A DNA stretch of 54,502 nucleotides from Acanthaster planci (Eukaryota). The notes beneath the pieces are model-generated. The model was not told where the DNA came from. It worked only from the letters and a program-made list of their open reading frames with translations, and did not search any database. Below, one piece after another: positions 38,974-52,286 of this stretch. The stretch lies in contig NW_019091355.1 in NCBI RefSeq assembly GCF_001949145.1, positions 1 to 54,502 of the forward strand, given 5' to 3'. The position numbers were made by a program, and so were the translations under genes. The number at the start of each line of letters is the position of its first letter. The stretch's first letter is position 1.

Positions 38974-40878
38974 TTAGTGGCATCCACACTTTTTCACGAC
39001 CATACCCTCATATCGATACTTGTACGTTAGTATGTTATTTTCATCGAGATATAACATTGATATTGGTTCAAGTTTAGTTGGCACACAACACGGATTTTCT
39101 ACGCTTTTTGGATCATACTCATGGGCCAATGTTTGAATGATAGAATGTACAGTAGGACTCCAGTGGTCTGTTAATGGAAAGACACATTGTCCGGAGCATT
39201 TGAAAGCTTGGTAGCGTCTGGGTGCAATAATCCATTCATCCCAACCGATATCTTTGAAGGTGACTTGCATCGGACGCCGTCTACACAGGTGGTTGAGTCT
39301 CACAGAATCTCTCTTCTTACGAACAATGCTGACGCTGTTTAGATCACTCGTTCCAACTACTGTGTGTCTCTTCATTCGGTCGCTTACAAACATGTCTTGT
39401 TTTTGTTGGTAACCCATTTCTTTGAAGCTGTTGAAGTTATTTGAATAAACAACCAATAAGGGCTTCAATTCGATATCACGTGATATGTCGACATCCAGAC
39501 TTGATCTGCCTTCATTTTTTATCAGTGGTTGTAGGTGGATCGTGAGGCGTAGCGATTGTGATTGTACACGTGGTTGTCCAGATATATTTGATTTGACATT
39601 CAATCGAACCAGACCTGTCAAATCAAAGCTCTCCCATCCATTAGTTTGCCTACATATCACCCGTGACGTCAGCAGCCTTGTGTTAACCTCGCAGTCACGA
39701 TAAACAAGGATACGAGCAATGCCTCCATAATGGATGTTGCTATTAGCAACCAAAATGAAGATCCTAAGTTGTGCCATGACGACAGTTTCACTTGATGGAA
39801 TCGTGATATTAAACAGCAAGTTACGATCACCGCCATCGTCATGTAGGGTCCCTTGGTTCCATGACGTAATCGATTCCAGGCCAGAGCTGTTCTCGAGGTC
39901 ATTTGTTCCTGTATAATATAAATCAAAAATCAATGATCAGACCATTATTTCCCTTATTAAATCAATCCTACATTCGAGGCCTTGATTTTAATAGCATTAT
40001 TTTTACTCTTAATGACTGAAAATCATGGCGTTCGTTTAATAATTGCGGATTTACATTGACCACCGAGTTTGCCTGAGCACTTACTTACTCGAGTCAAATA
40101 CAAAACAGCTAATGGTAACCTCTTCAAATCAAAATAGCAAAACCTCTAATGAGTCAATTTTACCCAGGCTAAACGATAAATTTCATGAAGTTTTAATAGT
40201 TTTCTTAGTTGAATAAATTTTCCATTTGGCTGGTATTTGTCAATTTGGAAGTGGGTGGAGATCAAGACGATATTTCAAGACTGGGATAATCTTAAGCTTC
40301 TTTACGAATTCCATATCCCACCTCTCCAGCCCATCAAATCAGAAAAAAACAAAAACACAAACCAAACAATGATGCATTGCATGCTTACCTTGATTCAGAA
40401 AACCGCGAACGATGTTAGCCTCCGGTTGAACATGATCGTCACGCTTCATGGTAAATGTGTTATAGATATTCATCATGTATGGTGGTACACTGTGTACTGG
40501 CGAAGGCAAACTGGAATTAGAGGCCATTTCATGGTGAAGAAATCTGAATGCCTTTTTGACTGAGTCCTTCCGTCCTGCTAATTCTGCCTGATCTTTGACT
40601 GTGGCGTCTTCGTGTATTCTCTGGTCACTACTTTGTAAGAAATCGAGAGGCATTAATGTTTTACCGAAGTCAGAACCACCAGAAATGATCTGTCCAGAGG
40701 GCCTGGAGTTTGCCACTTCGTCAGCGTGCCTGGATGTCGCTCCGTCTTTCGTAGCTAAATTTCGATAGTAAGAGGATTTACTTCGAGACTTGATATAGCC
40801 TTGGATTGAAGCGGAATTTGAAACTTCAACAGCGAATACGATGACCAACAAACAAAGGAGAATCCGAAAGAACCCCAT
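38974..40878 (-). CDS. BMP10: TGF-beta family ligand, BMP9/10 (GDF2/BMP10) type; 2 exons, 474 aa
   Basis: Exon 40878-40389: signal peptide MGFFRILLCLLVIVFAVEVSNS, prodomain PPYMMNIYNTF...PEANIVRGFLN, donor GTAAGC, phase 1. Exon 39908-38974: acceptor tacAG, RKKR site, then a 7-Cys domain CRRRPMQVTFKDIGWDEWIIAP..YQAFKCSGQCVFPLTDHWSPTVHSIIQTL...CCVPTKLEPISMLYLDE..ILTYKYRYEGMVVKKCGCH. The PTKLEPIS and TYKY.YEGM signatures are BMP9/10-specific. Total 1425 nt. Confidence 0.93.
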
Positions 40879-42211
40879 GGCGAAAAAGTCGGTTGCAGAC
40901 AGAACTTTTAATTCCAATGTAGGTTAATTACAGGACGATAGTTTTAGATTGCAGTCGAGCATAGAAATGGAATTATTTGTTTCGAGCAACGTTCTGTTTT
41001 GGCCGGTGGACTGATCGTTGTGTACGCGTAATGGAGAAATGATGGGTCTCAGATTCGAACTTCTTGGAACGATACCCTCATGGAGTTCAGCAACTTGCCA
41101 AAGTATGCGTCGTATGTCTCTTATCGACAAACCTCTTCAAGATAATTCTGAAATCAGACGTGAGCACTTTAATTTGGACTTTATCCAGAAGCAAGAAATG
41201 ACAGGTGTGTATTAGGCCCCTCAAGAGTTGCAGTAAGGCTTGGAGCCTCAAACATCACCACAATTAACCCCGCATTCCAACCTCAAAAGTCTGTCAAAAA
41301 TGTAAGAAAGCGGAATAAAGTTTTCTCTTGAAGCTACCCCATGGAATCCACCTTTGGGAGTGGATGAATCTAAAGTACTGAAGGAATAAAATCCTCCTTT
41401 TTAGGGGTAAGTTTTAAAATAAATTATAAAAACAGCTAGAGACATATTTTCAGTACTAAGTGATCACTGCATATATGGTACGCATCTAGATCTGTGCCAC
41501 AGAATAACCGGATCACATAAGACGAATGGTTTAGAACGCATACCACGTGGGCTTGTGAGTGGGGCAACAACCAGAAACAGTAATTTATTCTCGGGCAACT
41601 GGCTGAGCCAATCAATCTGTCGTACCCGCACCTGACCTTCATCCAAGCTGTAGACCTACGCTGGGATTATTGCTATATACACCTCAGATATATCCACCGC
41701 TGCATTTTGGACGGTACGGTTACTTATCTCCTCATCTGCTATTCTGCGCTGCAGAGGCGTAGCAGTAGACAAGACCAAGTATATAGTATTGTTGCTCGTC
41801 TCCTCGACAGCTTGACGGTAGGTTGACGAAATGTTATCACATTTAAAACTGTCAAACCGTCGAGGAATTGAACCTGGTTGCCGCTGTTTTACAGCTTCTA
41901 CTTTTATCATTTTCTTTTGTCCAAAACACCCAAATCGCTGACAGGTTTACTTTTTTCTCCTCGCAAGTTTTTACACTTGAGGAATTTCCACAAAAAGCAG
42001 ATGGGTAAAAATTCGTCTCATCAAGTAATTTAAAGCAAGCAGAAGTTAGAACACAGGTAATGATTCGTAATAACTCAGCCATAAACTAAATCTGATCTCC
42101 TTGGATTTCGTGGAAACACATTATGCTGTAATCCACATTCTGAGTCGGAGAATCTTGCCAAAGGACATGTACAATATTTCTATTTTCATTTATTTTTTAA
42201 AGTGTTGCGAA

Positions 42212-45200
42212 ATGCTTGGGAACCGTGTAGACGTTACCGTGACTCCACTGCTAACAGTATGCTACCTGGCGGCTTTGTTATGCCACGGACTGTCTTCAAA
42301 TGTTCACCATGAGTCATCGCAATTTCGATCTTCTAAGGATGTGAAATCTGTTGACCCACCTGGCCTCTGGCCAAGTACAAGAAGAGCTGGGGGATACTCA
42401 GGCATCAGTCCTTCGAAGCATATCATGAAAATCATGCAGCAGCTATCTAAGGATGGTGATCAGTTGAAAGAACGTGGGAACACAGTTCGAAGCTACCAAC
42501 CGACAATGAGTAAGTACGAAAAAAACGAAAAAGACACAAACCTGTAAATATGGGATTTGTACTCAGCAAGCATTTCAAATTCAAACTTTGCAATGAAGCT
42601 TAAAATACAGAAGTTTCACACCCTGCATTTGTAAAGATTTTACATTTAAATAGTGAGGCTATTTCAAGTGTGAATGACCAACCTGGAAAGAATCACTAAC
42701 TCTATCAACGCCCCGGTTTGACGGTAATTATTTAGAATGAAACCACACTTTCCTCTTTCCCTTGTCTCAGGGATTTTTTCCCTATGTGGAAGATTTCATG
42801 TGGAAGGGAGCCGTTTGCATTCAGCAGAATATATTGTTTGATAAATGAAGCAATGAAACTTGCATTGGTCCATCATAAAGATGAAAAAATGGTCTGCGTT
42901 GCTTGCAAATGGATAGCAGGGACTGGACCTGAGATACCTCTCCAAGGATCCTAATCATGTAGCCTAGGGTGGAGGTGCATTATTAACAGGAATCAAGAAA
43001 CCTACCGCATGATGGTTTAGTACAGGTTAACCTAGCCCCCCGCCCCTCTTCAAAGAAAGTTATGAGTTTAAACTGTATTATGTTACATGTCACGCTGACT
43101 ACCAGACAACCTACTTCGGCAGCACTGTAGACAATACTCATTCTCTTTCTGGCTAAAGTAATTTAAATAATTAATATAAACCCATTGGGGAAGATTTGTT
43201 TTAATAATTCTGGACAGTAGGTGTTCATTTTTATACAAAAAAGGCTAGTCTGGGGTATAATGGTAATAACAATACACAGTCAAGGATATTTGCCCGTGAC
43301 TAGTTAAAGTATCATGTAGTCTGTAACACAGCACACATTCAAGAATTTAGAGCTAAGAATACCTGAGTCGCAGACATGGTCTGCCGAAAGTTCGGATGTT
43401 TTAATCAACAAACCTTATCGACACTTAAAGTGATTCATAACTGATTATCCGGAGAAGATTCTGAAGAGGACGTCAGAAATTGCAAGCGCCAAACGGAATC
43501 TTTTTTACCGGGATTTTGAAGGTTGGAAGTGGCGCACCCAGGATTTGTCTTAGGGGGACTCGGACCAAGTTTACCCCCCCCCTGAAATTATGATGCTCAC
43601 CCCCCCCTCACTCCATCGGGAACTGGGATGTACGGCTGTATATAGTTTAAGATATAGGTGTACATTTCGTTTTTCTAAAAGTAGAAAAATTACCTCTGCA
43701 GGCTCAAGCCCTTCTAGGGCCCCTCTCCCAATTTGGTGCGCCACTTGATAGAAGCTAGTCTCAATTGACGACTTCATGCTTCTTATAAGACTTCCCGTAA
43801 CTGCTAGTTCCTGAGACTTCGAATGCTTTATTCAAGCACAGGTTCAAGCATGGTGCGTAACTAAATACTCTGGATGCAATTTTGTAGCTGCAAAGGCAAG
43901 AAATGCAAAGGTATCCAGAGCGACCATGTTTCACGAATTCATCAAACTTGCAAGATATTTTCCTGAACGGGAAGATTTTTTCCAATATATCTTTAGAGAC
44001 CTTAATTTTTATTTACAGTGTGTTAAGGTAATTGTCCTAATGACACCCTATTTGGTTGCCTTCAGATCTATGCCAAACTTAGATCTATGCCGAGATTTAC
44101 TTGGTGAAAATTTCCCTTGGTTAAATTGAAGTTACCTTGACCGTCATCATTTCGCTATACATTGCGACTGTGATTCACCCCAGACCTTGGTGGTAAGGTG
44201 TTATCTTGTTAGGTGCTCAGTGCTCGGGCCGCTATTGCTTGTTCACATGAAAAAAGGCTAGCAGGAGCAATCATGCCTACTGCTACCACAGAAATGGGCC
44301 GTCTCCGGCGAACACCTCCAAGTCTAAGACATGTATATAACCGGGCCTACAAACAGCTATCGGCCTGGACCATACACGCTTCACATTACATATGTGAATG
44401 CAGGTCAACTGAAATATTTTTTTATTTTAAAATAAAAACCACGAAGAAGGGAAAATCATCAAAACGTTTTTCATCTTTGTACTTTTTTAAGCAGGAAATC
44501 GAAAGGTTAATGGGGTGAACTAATGGCATTCAAATGTCGAGTGTATGCACGTTCACAACTGCTGCCACATTGTCCTGTTCTTAGCAGTTTTGATGGCGTT
44601 GCATCATTGAGCACAGTTGGCGTTAAGAGGAGGAAATTCTTTTCCCACCATTAACTAACTGTGGGGACTTTCTGTCAGTTTATAAAAACAACACAACCCA
44701 CTAAAAGCGTCCTTGTGTGCCTTGGTTAAATAGGTGCGAAATATATGAAACATCTTATATCATTTTTTTAATGAAACAAATTATACGAACATTACAAAAA
44801 GTTTTGAATGCACTGAATTATACACATTGCTCATTGCATTCAACCAACAACCACTTTTTGAAATTAGATAAAACTGAGATCACAAAGCTTGCGTACAACA
44901 TACAGTTGCTTTTGTTCAAATTTTTAAATGTTTAACGCTGTAACAGGTTTTTAAAAGCTTCAATTGACCGCGATCTCATTCGCCAGCACAGAAATGTGGC
45001 AGACGTTCCACCGATACAAATAAAATGATAGACCCTTTCGTTGTCTTACAGATTCTAACATTTACTACCGTAAGTTCTTTATAAACATGTGAAATTCTTG
45101 CATTTCGCTCGGGGGAACAACCATCTGCATTGAATTAATAGCCGGAGGGGAGAGACTGGCCCGAGAGGAAATGATCATTGCTTCACGATGTCATCATACA

Positions 45201-48200
45201 AAATCACAAAGTAAATTGAAGAGGAAGGTCTTAATATAGATTAATCTATGTCAACACGGCAGGGTTTGTGTACGAGCTTTACCTTGTCTGCTCAATACAC
45301 ACTGTACAACTTATGCGTGTATATATATATATTTATATATATATATATACTTATTTATATATATATTTATATATATAAATTATATATATAATTTTCAATC
45401 TATTTTATGTTGATGATCCCTTTTAACATATTTCACGCTCAGTCTCTTTTCACACCCTTCCAAAAGAAACTTCAGTGTGATAACCTTGCACATGCAACAA
45501 ACAATGGATTGGCCCCTTTTTTAAAGTAATGAAACACGTGCCTGAGAAAAAGAAACACGAAATCCAAACAGACAAATGCCAGCTATTTGTGTACATCGTT
45601 TACTGGGTGTCTACATACAGGACTATATGAGCTGATACGTCAAGATGACCGATATGAAATTCGAATTTATGACAACTCCTTGTTCATTGTTTTGTTTTAC
45701 CACCAGCGACAAGGAACTTGCTATAAAACCGAGCATAAAATCCACTCAAACCTTGATTCTTCATCCTATCATTGCCCCAGAGTATTGGGGTTTGTGCAAG
45801 ATTAAGTATTAATCATTGTCAACTCATCTCCTATCTATTATTCTGTGAAACTAAACCTAAATATCCTTTGTTCGATTAACACGTGTATAAGAGGATAGTA
45901 ATGCTTTTATCCACAACATAGAAAAAAATACGCGTTTTTCAGATACAGCAGCTTCCCAACATCACTTCTTGCAAATGTTTTACTAGTCTGTAAAAATGTG
46001 CATTGATTAATTGTCTTTACGCGAGGTGTTGTGGGTGTATTAAAAGACATGTAGCTTGAAATAAAACGGAGGCAAAACTAATTGAATCTTTCTGAGAGAA
46101 AATGCGACTCAAAGTTTTGTTCCACCAAGAATAAGGAACTTATAGTTCTATCATTCTCTTTACAAGTTTGCTTTGACATTACAGGTTCTGAAATATCTAC
46201 TCGTGTTGATGCCAGAATGAGTGATCATACTAGCCTATGCCTCACTGGTTGCTTGTTAGACCACTGTCATTAAATAGATAGGCGCTTACAGTTAAATGTT
46301 GGTTCGAAATTCTTGTCGTAATAATTAATAATTTGTATAATGCATGACTTCGTTCCATCTTCTAATTTTACTGTGAAACAAATATGTTATGTTTCAGCGC
46401 GTGTTCTGCGATGATTTTCAGAATATTTCATTTCATTTATTATAACATGATAACTGGATCTGGGCTTAGTTTTGAGGTTATGACTTGCTAAAGCTTTAAC
46501 TCCAGTTAAAAATGCCTTAAAGCTAAAGCGGCAAATTGATCAACAGTCAAAAGATATATGTCACTCCTGGGAAAAGAGCATTTAAAAGATTTAGAACCCT
46601 GTCCTGATGTATTACTGAGAGAAACCAGTAATTACTAGAGGTAATAGTCAGTGACTGTGAGGCTAATTTAAGTCGTCCCTGTTTAACGAAGCAACAATCT
46701 TTCTTCAGTTTGCACCATAATGGTGGACTTGATGTGTGAACAAAGGAGTTGTGGGCGTTAAGCACAGCCCATAAATACGTCAGGCTGTTTCATTTTACTT
46801 CCCACATCAAATTCACCTTTAGTAATTGGAAAAGAATCAGTAGACCAACACACGTTGACAGCTAGATCCCATTGCATTATTTTCTGTGAAATATTTTTTT
46901 TTAAATCATATGTTTGCAGGTGAAATTCCCGTCGATATTTCACGCTTTTATCTTCGATGCCTTACAAAAGTTAAGGGAACTAGGTAAAACCATCTCACGT
47001 TCTGCCTTTGCAGTATTTCCAGCAAAGCAGACTTCTGTTGTTTGAAATTATTTAGTCACAGAGGTAACAGCCTACATCAAACTTCCGTAGCCTCCCCCAT
47101 CAAATTGGCCCCTTTAGTTACGCCTCCTGTGGGGAAGAGCAACTCGTTATAATGATGTCTTAAAACTGAAAACAAACACATGAAAAGTCCAATGCTATAT
47201 CGTTGTCAGAAACAATTTGCCAATGCACAATTAACGTGACCTACAGTGGGAATCGTGCACTACCCTCATTGCTCCAACAAATCAATAATGACAGCAGAAA
47301 TTAAAGGAAAATGGAAGCGTCTCCATGACGGATTTGACTTATCATGGTTGGATATTATTTCGATATCGATGTAGTAAATGTGGTAAACAAATAGTATGGA
47401 ATTACTCAAGGTCGGCGAACCAGGCGCTTTGAGGGAAAATTGAAAAATAAAGAGTAGATACGTTAAAATATTAAAAACATTATTAGAAAAAACAGGAGTT
47501 TTCATATTCCAAGAAAAAGACGGAAACAACAAAGAGACCAATCAGAAAAAGACTAGCGTCTGGAATGTCGCTATTTCCTTTCCTGTTTCTTACACCAGCC
47601 TGCACGGTCAAGTTTGATTGGTCTGTTTTGGATGAATCTGTTTTACTTTGTTTATTTTCAAATGGTACAATTGTTGTTTTCTTAGTATTAGCTTTTACCA
47701 CTACAGAAACAACTTATGTGTTGAAAATGTGTTTTGTCTCGACCTTAAATATTCAACTTTTGAATACCACTCAAAGAATTGCCGATACCTTCACGTACAA
47801 GTCATTCAAGTTTGTTTATCAGTTTTAAAATTATTTATGGGTTTGTTTATTCTGGCTCTTTCACATACATTTTGCCTTTTGGTCAAAGTTCACCTTTATA
47901 ATGATTACGATTCTGTGGTTGTTTGTTTTGAGTTTGATTTAAGCAGTTGTTACCCCATTCTTCCCTGCAGTGGAATGGTTGACATAATGGTACGACGACG
48001 GTAGACAGGCGACAAAGATACCGACAGAGCTTATCAGATCTTTGACGATTTCCCCAGACCCGCTGTCAGGCCAAATATCAACAGTCATCAATTGTTTTAT
48101 GACAGGCCGGTTTTCAAGACAGTTAGGCCAAATACATTTACGGGCAGCTTAATTTCTTAAACATCCACCTAACGTTAATGCAAGAACGGAGCTCAGTCTC

Positions 48201-51200
48201 AAAGTACCATTTGGAGGTTTAAATGTTAACTTCATTATAAAAAGCTCAATCAAATCAAATCAAATCTGATTTGACAGAAGCTCAAACTAACTGGTCTTGC
48301 TATAGCATTTGAGTTTCCTAAATCACGGACAATAAGTTTGAAATGAATTGAAATCTCCCAGTATTTTTCTTTCTCTCTTTCTGAAATAATAATAAATGAA
48401 ATGGCTTTGCATGGAGGTTCTAATGATTATCGTATTGTAAGGCTGGGTTACTTCTATCTGGTCTATTTAGCCAGCTGCGACATTTAAAAACCATAATCAC
48501 TAAAATTATACTTCAATTACGTTATCACAGATTAAAATGTTTTCACAATAGTCCAATATGTGGGATGTTTATGATGAAGTAAACAAAAAACAAAAACTCT
48601 CCACCACAGGGAATATAGAAAGGCGTACATAATCGAGCCTGATATACTTGATGACTCCCTGGGGCAGGAGTCAGGGACTAGACCACCATGCAAGGGTCAG
48701 TCAATATAAGTCACATCATATGTCACATCTTGGGTGACAGATCCATGGACAGACTTGCACAAAAATTGAGTATAAGCAATGGCGACAGTTGGCTGTCCTC
48801 AGATACTACTTGGAATAAGTTAATCATGTTTGTCGAGTGTTTGCAGTGCCAGTTTCCTCTTTTCTCACCACTTTCTCTCAATACAACATGAAATGGAATT
48901 ACTTTTCAAGGATCCCTGTAGAGTTGTGCATTGGTTATTACGAAAAATTAATTTTGCACAGTTTTCGTTATTGGCGTGTGTGACTCACCCAGTTCAGTCG
49001 GCCTGTCGAATCATCAAGCATGCCAAAGTTATCACATTTTAAACCCTAAGAGACCCATAGCCTGTGGTATATGAGTCTGTTCTTGATCGAGTCATAAAGT
49101 AAGGCTCGAACTTCATGGTAAGGTTGAGACACAACCATTAGCTTACACATCATTATTCATTAATTCTCCTTACGATCAAGGGCCGTAAGAACTTTTTACT
49201 GCTTCAGTCCATTTCCTGTCTTGGTATGTACCCACTGCCCAGCGCTTGTGTATCATGTTTTGGCAAATCTGTCAGCATTTCAAAATTTAAGTTGACTTGG
49301 GTTAAGACGCAACCTCTTGAACATGAACCCACAGAAAAGAAGTAATGGCTTTCAAATAAACGACCCATCAAATTCAACAAACAGTTTCGTTCCTAGTTTC
49401 ATGTTTACAATGCACAGGTGTGTTCTAAACTACTACGTACTACTGCGACGTTGATTTTGACAAATGACATTCCTATATACATGTGTTTGCAGTGCTTGGA
49501 TGGCTATTTTTTAATCTGTTAAAAATGAAACATAAAAATCTAACTGTTGCTAATTTGGACACCTAAAAACACACATGCCTACATTTTGACACCAATATTA
49601 AACTCCGAGCTGATTTTATACATAGCTGCCGGACTCAGGAATGTCATTCTTTGATAAGTTCTAAGCTTGATAACGTCTTGTCTGCCTCTGACAGCCTGGA
49701 TAGACGGCTAATATGAACCGTACAGGTCGTGCCCTGTGCTATTACGGTTTTGTTTATCATACCGCTTTCGCATTTTACAAATGCGCCAGCGTGAATTAAG
49801 CAGGCTGGTCGTTAAGTGTCAAGAAAAATAAACTGTCCTACTCTGGAGTTGAAGGATGGTTGGTATGTGCATAGAGCAAGGACACATGGCATATGTGGCC
49901 GAAACCTGTAAGCGTGGTCTTTTTGTGATTTTGAAGCTGGCAAGCGCAAGTCAGACCTACAGTACATATAGTTTTGTCTACACTGCGCATGCCTATGGGG
50001 TACATGTATGATATTCTTCATCACAGTTTCCTGCAGAAGATTTTGTATCAGTTTTCTCCTCCGATTTTGACTTAAGCATCCAGTTTATATTTAAAATATG
50101 ACATGGTAAGGTTAATTAATGGTTTTCACAAGACCAGTATATCGCAGCTGGCTTCATGTGCATGTCATATGTATTACCATGGAGGAATAAAACACTATAC
50201 CGTGCTAACGCATTTTTAGGTCTGCGCCTTTTTCGACCTAATAAGCTCGCAGAGGTAACGTAAATAGAATTAGCGGCCATTTAGAGACTAGCGCTGGTTT
50301 TAACTTGATTCTTTTAGTAATTTGAATCCTTGCTGAGAGCATTTTATTGAATTTACTGATAAAAGTAATGCTTTATATGGTATCTAACTCAATTATTCTC
50401 TGTGATGTTGGACCGATCTCTGGTTAAGTTAGTTTAGCTTCCATTTATAAATTTACTAATCAGGCAAGCTCCGGGGATTATTCACGAGCGTGCACGTCGT
50501 TTGAATTATTATAAAGTGTGGCTATTTTTTAGGGGTGCTGCATAAGCAATCTTGGTTGTCCAGTTTCCAGCAGCCTCAACAAGCAATCAAGGGAAGCAGA
50601 GGTTTAAAAATAATTGTCAAAGGAATAACTTGATCTTGTAGTTGTGCATATCATTGCTAAAGTCTCAAAATTCTACACATAAATGAGATCAAACCAACAA
50701 TACAAAGTTCCTTTCAAATTCTTGCTATGTGCACAATGGATGTTGTGGAAAAGCAAAATGGAAGTACTGTAAAAGAATCCCCATACATGCAACTATGGCC
50801 TCCATGATGCAACCAAGCCAGGTGGTACTATAGAATGGTTTCTGAAATGTTGGTGCCGCTCTGCATGGTTTCTCCGTGCATCTAATCCGCTTCGTTGTTT
50901 TTTTCTCTTTCAGGGTTTGCATGCAACGACCCAACATACGTGTTCAGCATAAAAAGCCAGAATACTGAGAATCTTCGCTCCATTGAACTTCATTACTTCG
51001 CTTCCCAAAGCGGCGTGATTGGCTCAAGACCGACCTTTGACATTCGATTGTATCTCATCACTAATACGTCATCAGTATGCCAGTCAATCGGAGTACACCA
51101 CCACCCGGCGGAAGCGCGTGGATGGCAAGTAACTGACGTCACATCTCAGATATCTCTCTTTTTCCAGCCAACCTCGGAGGGTAAAGATTCAAAGATTACT

Positions 51201-52286
51201 GTGGGTGTTTCGTTCCAGCTTCAAGGAACTAAAGACTCATCTAATTCCCCACGAGACCTTATAACCCATTGGAAAATGTTCTCAAATCATGCACGCCCAT
51301 TTTTGCTGATGTATGCCGAGGAAGATGACAGCAGTGGAAATTCAGTCTTAAAGTGGACAAAAGAGGGCTCCAAAACTAAAACATCCCCTTCCGAAACAAC
51401 TCGTCCTCTCAAGGCGCAGAGACATTCAGCATCGATGGGAAGTCACACTCGACACGCTCGAAGTGTTGATGACAATACTCACTCAATCATGACCAACGAA
51501 TTCCCTAAAGGAAGCACTAACATGGTTCACCAGACAACTTTCCAACACTTCAATGAACAAGACTCGAAACGACGCAAGGCCAAGAAACGTAGCAGTAAAA
51601 AACGCAAACGAGTTTCGAAGAAAAATCACCGGAAAGCTCCACTGTTAGACCAGTCTAGCTCGGTAGATGAAGGTGAGAATGATGAGGTCCACGAAGCTAT
51701 GAATGATGACAGAGATCAAAACACTGTATTGCCGATGGGACCAGGTGAAGGCCCTTGCTCTCGTCATCCCATGTTTGTTAGTTTTGATACCATTGATTGG
51801 GATGGATATGTCATCGCACCTACCGGCTATAATGCTTTCTACTGTGCAGGGGACTGCAGATTCCCTTTGTCGAAGGTAAACTAAATACACTCAAAAATTC
51901 AACACATTGCTTAAATCTCCGTCTCTATAGCCAACATTTTGGAGCACAGTTAGGTACCTTTTAGTGGCATGGTGTAGAAAAGACTGCGTGTATAATTATA
52001 TTAAAAAACGAAACCATAATAGTTCGTTCCTCTGTTCTATTATTCAAAAGCAACATGTCAAAAATAATGCGTTTCAAATTTTTTTCATCGCTAGACCGAC
52101 AATCCATCAAACCATGCAACCATTCAGAGTGTGATGAGCGTCGCCGGCACACAGACAAAAATTCCGCCTCCTTGCTGCGTACCTGAGAAAATGACATCAC
52201 TATCCATCTTGTTCTTGGATGAGAATGATAATGTGGGACTGAAGAACTACCGGAACATGGTGGTGGAATCATGTGGTTGCCGTTGA
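42212..52286 (+). CDS. BMP3: TGF-beta family ligand, BMP3/GDF10 type; 3 exons, 483 aa
   Basis: Exon 42212-42509: hydrophobic signal-like segment, SKHIMKIM...GNTVRSY, donor GTAAGT, phase 1. Exon 50914-51875: prodomain, RHAR site, [40 protein letters not shown], phase 0. Exon 52095-52286: [18 protein letters not shown]...[63 protein letters not shown] and the intron after FP..K are BMP3/GDF10 hallmarks. Total 1452 nt. The start could instead be the upstream in-frame ATG at 42167. Confidence 0.92.
43527..43746. mobile_element. MITE with 12-bp TIR AAGTGGCGCACC (hAT-like ends) in BMP3 intron 1
   Basis: aagtggcgcacc at 43527 and ggtgcgccactt ending at 43746, with internal G/C runs. No clean target-site duplication seen. 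Confidence 0.6.
45319..45391. repeat. (AT)n microsatellite, imperfect
   Basis: Visible TA dinucleotide run. Confidence 0.95.

Noticed and set aside
38974..39933. Calling this ligand BMP2/4 (dpp)
   Set aside because: It lacks the BMP2/4 STNHAIVQTLV and VVLKNYQ signatures and instead has the BMP9/10-type PT.H.IIQ, PTKLEPIS and TYKY.YEGM.
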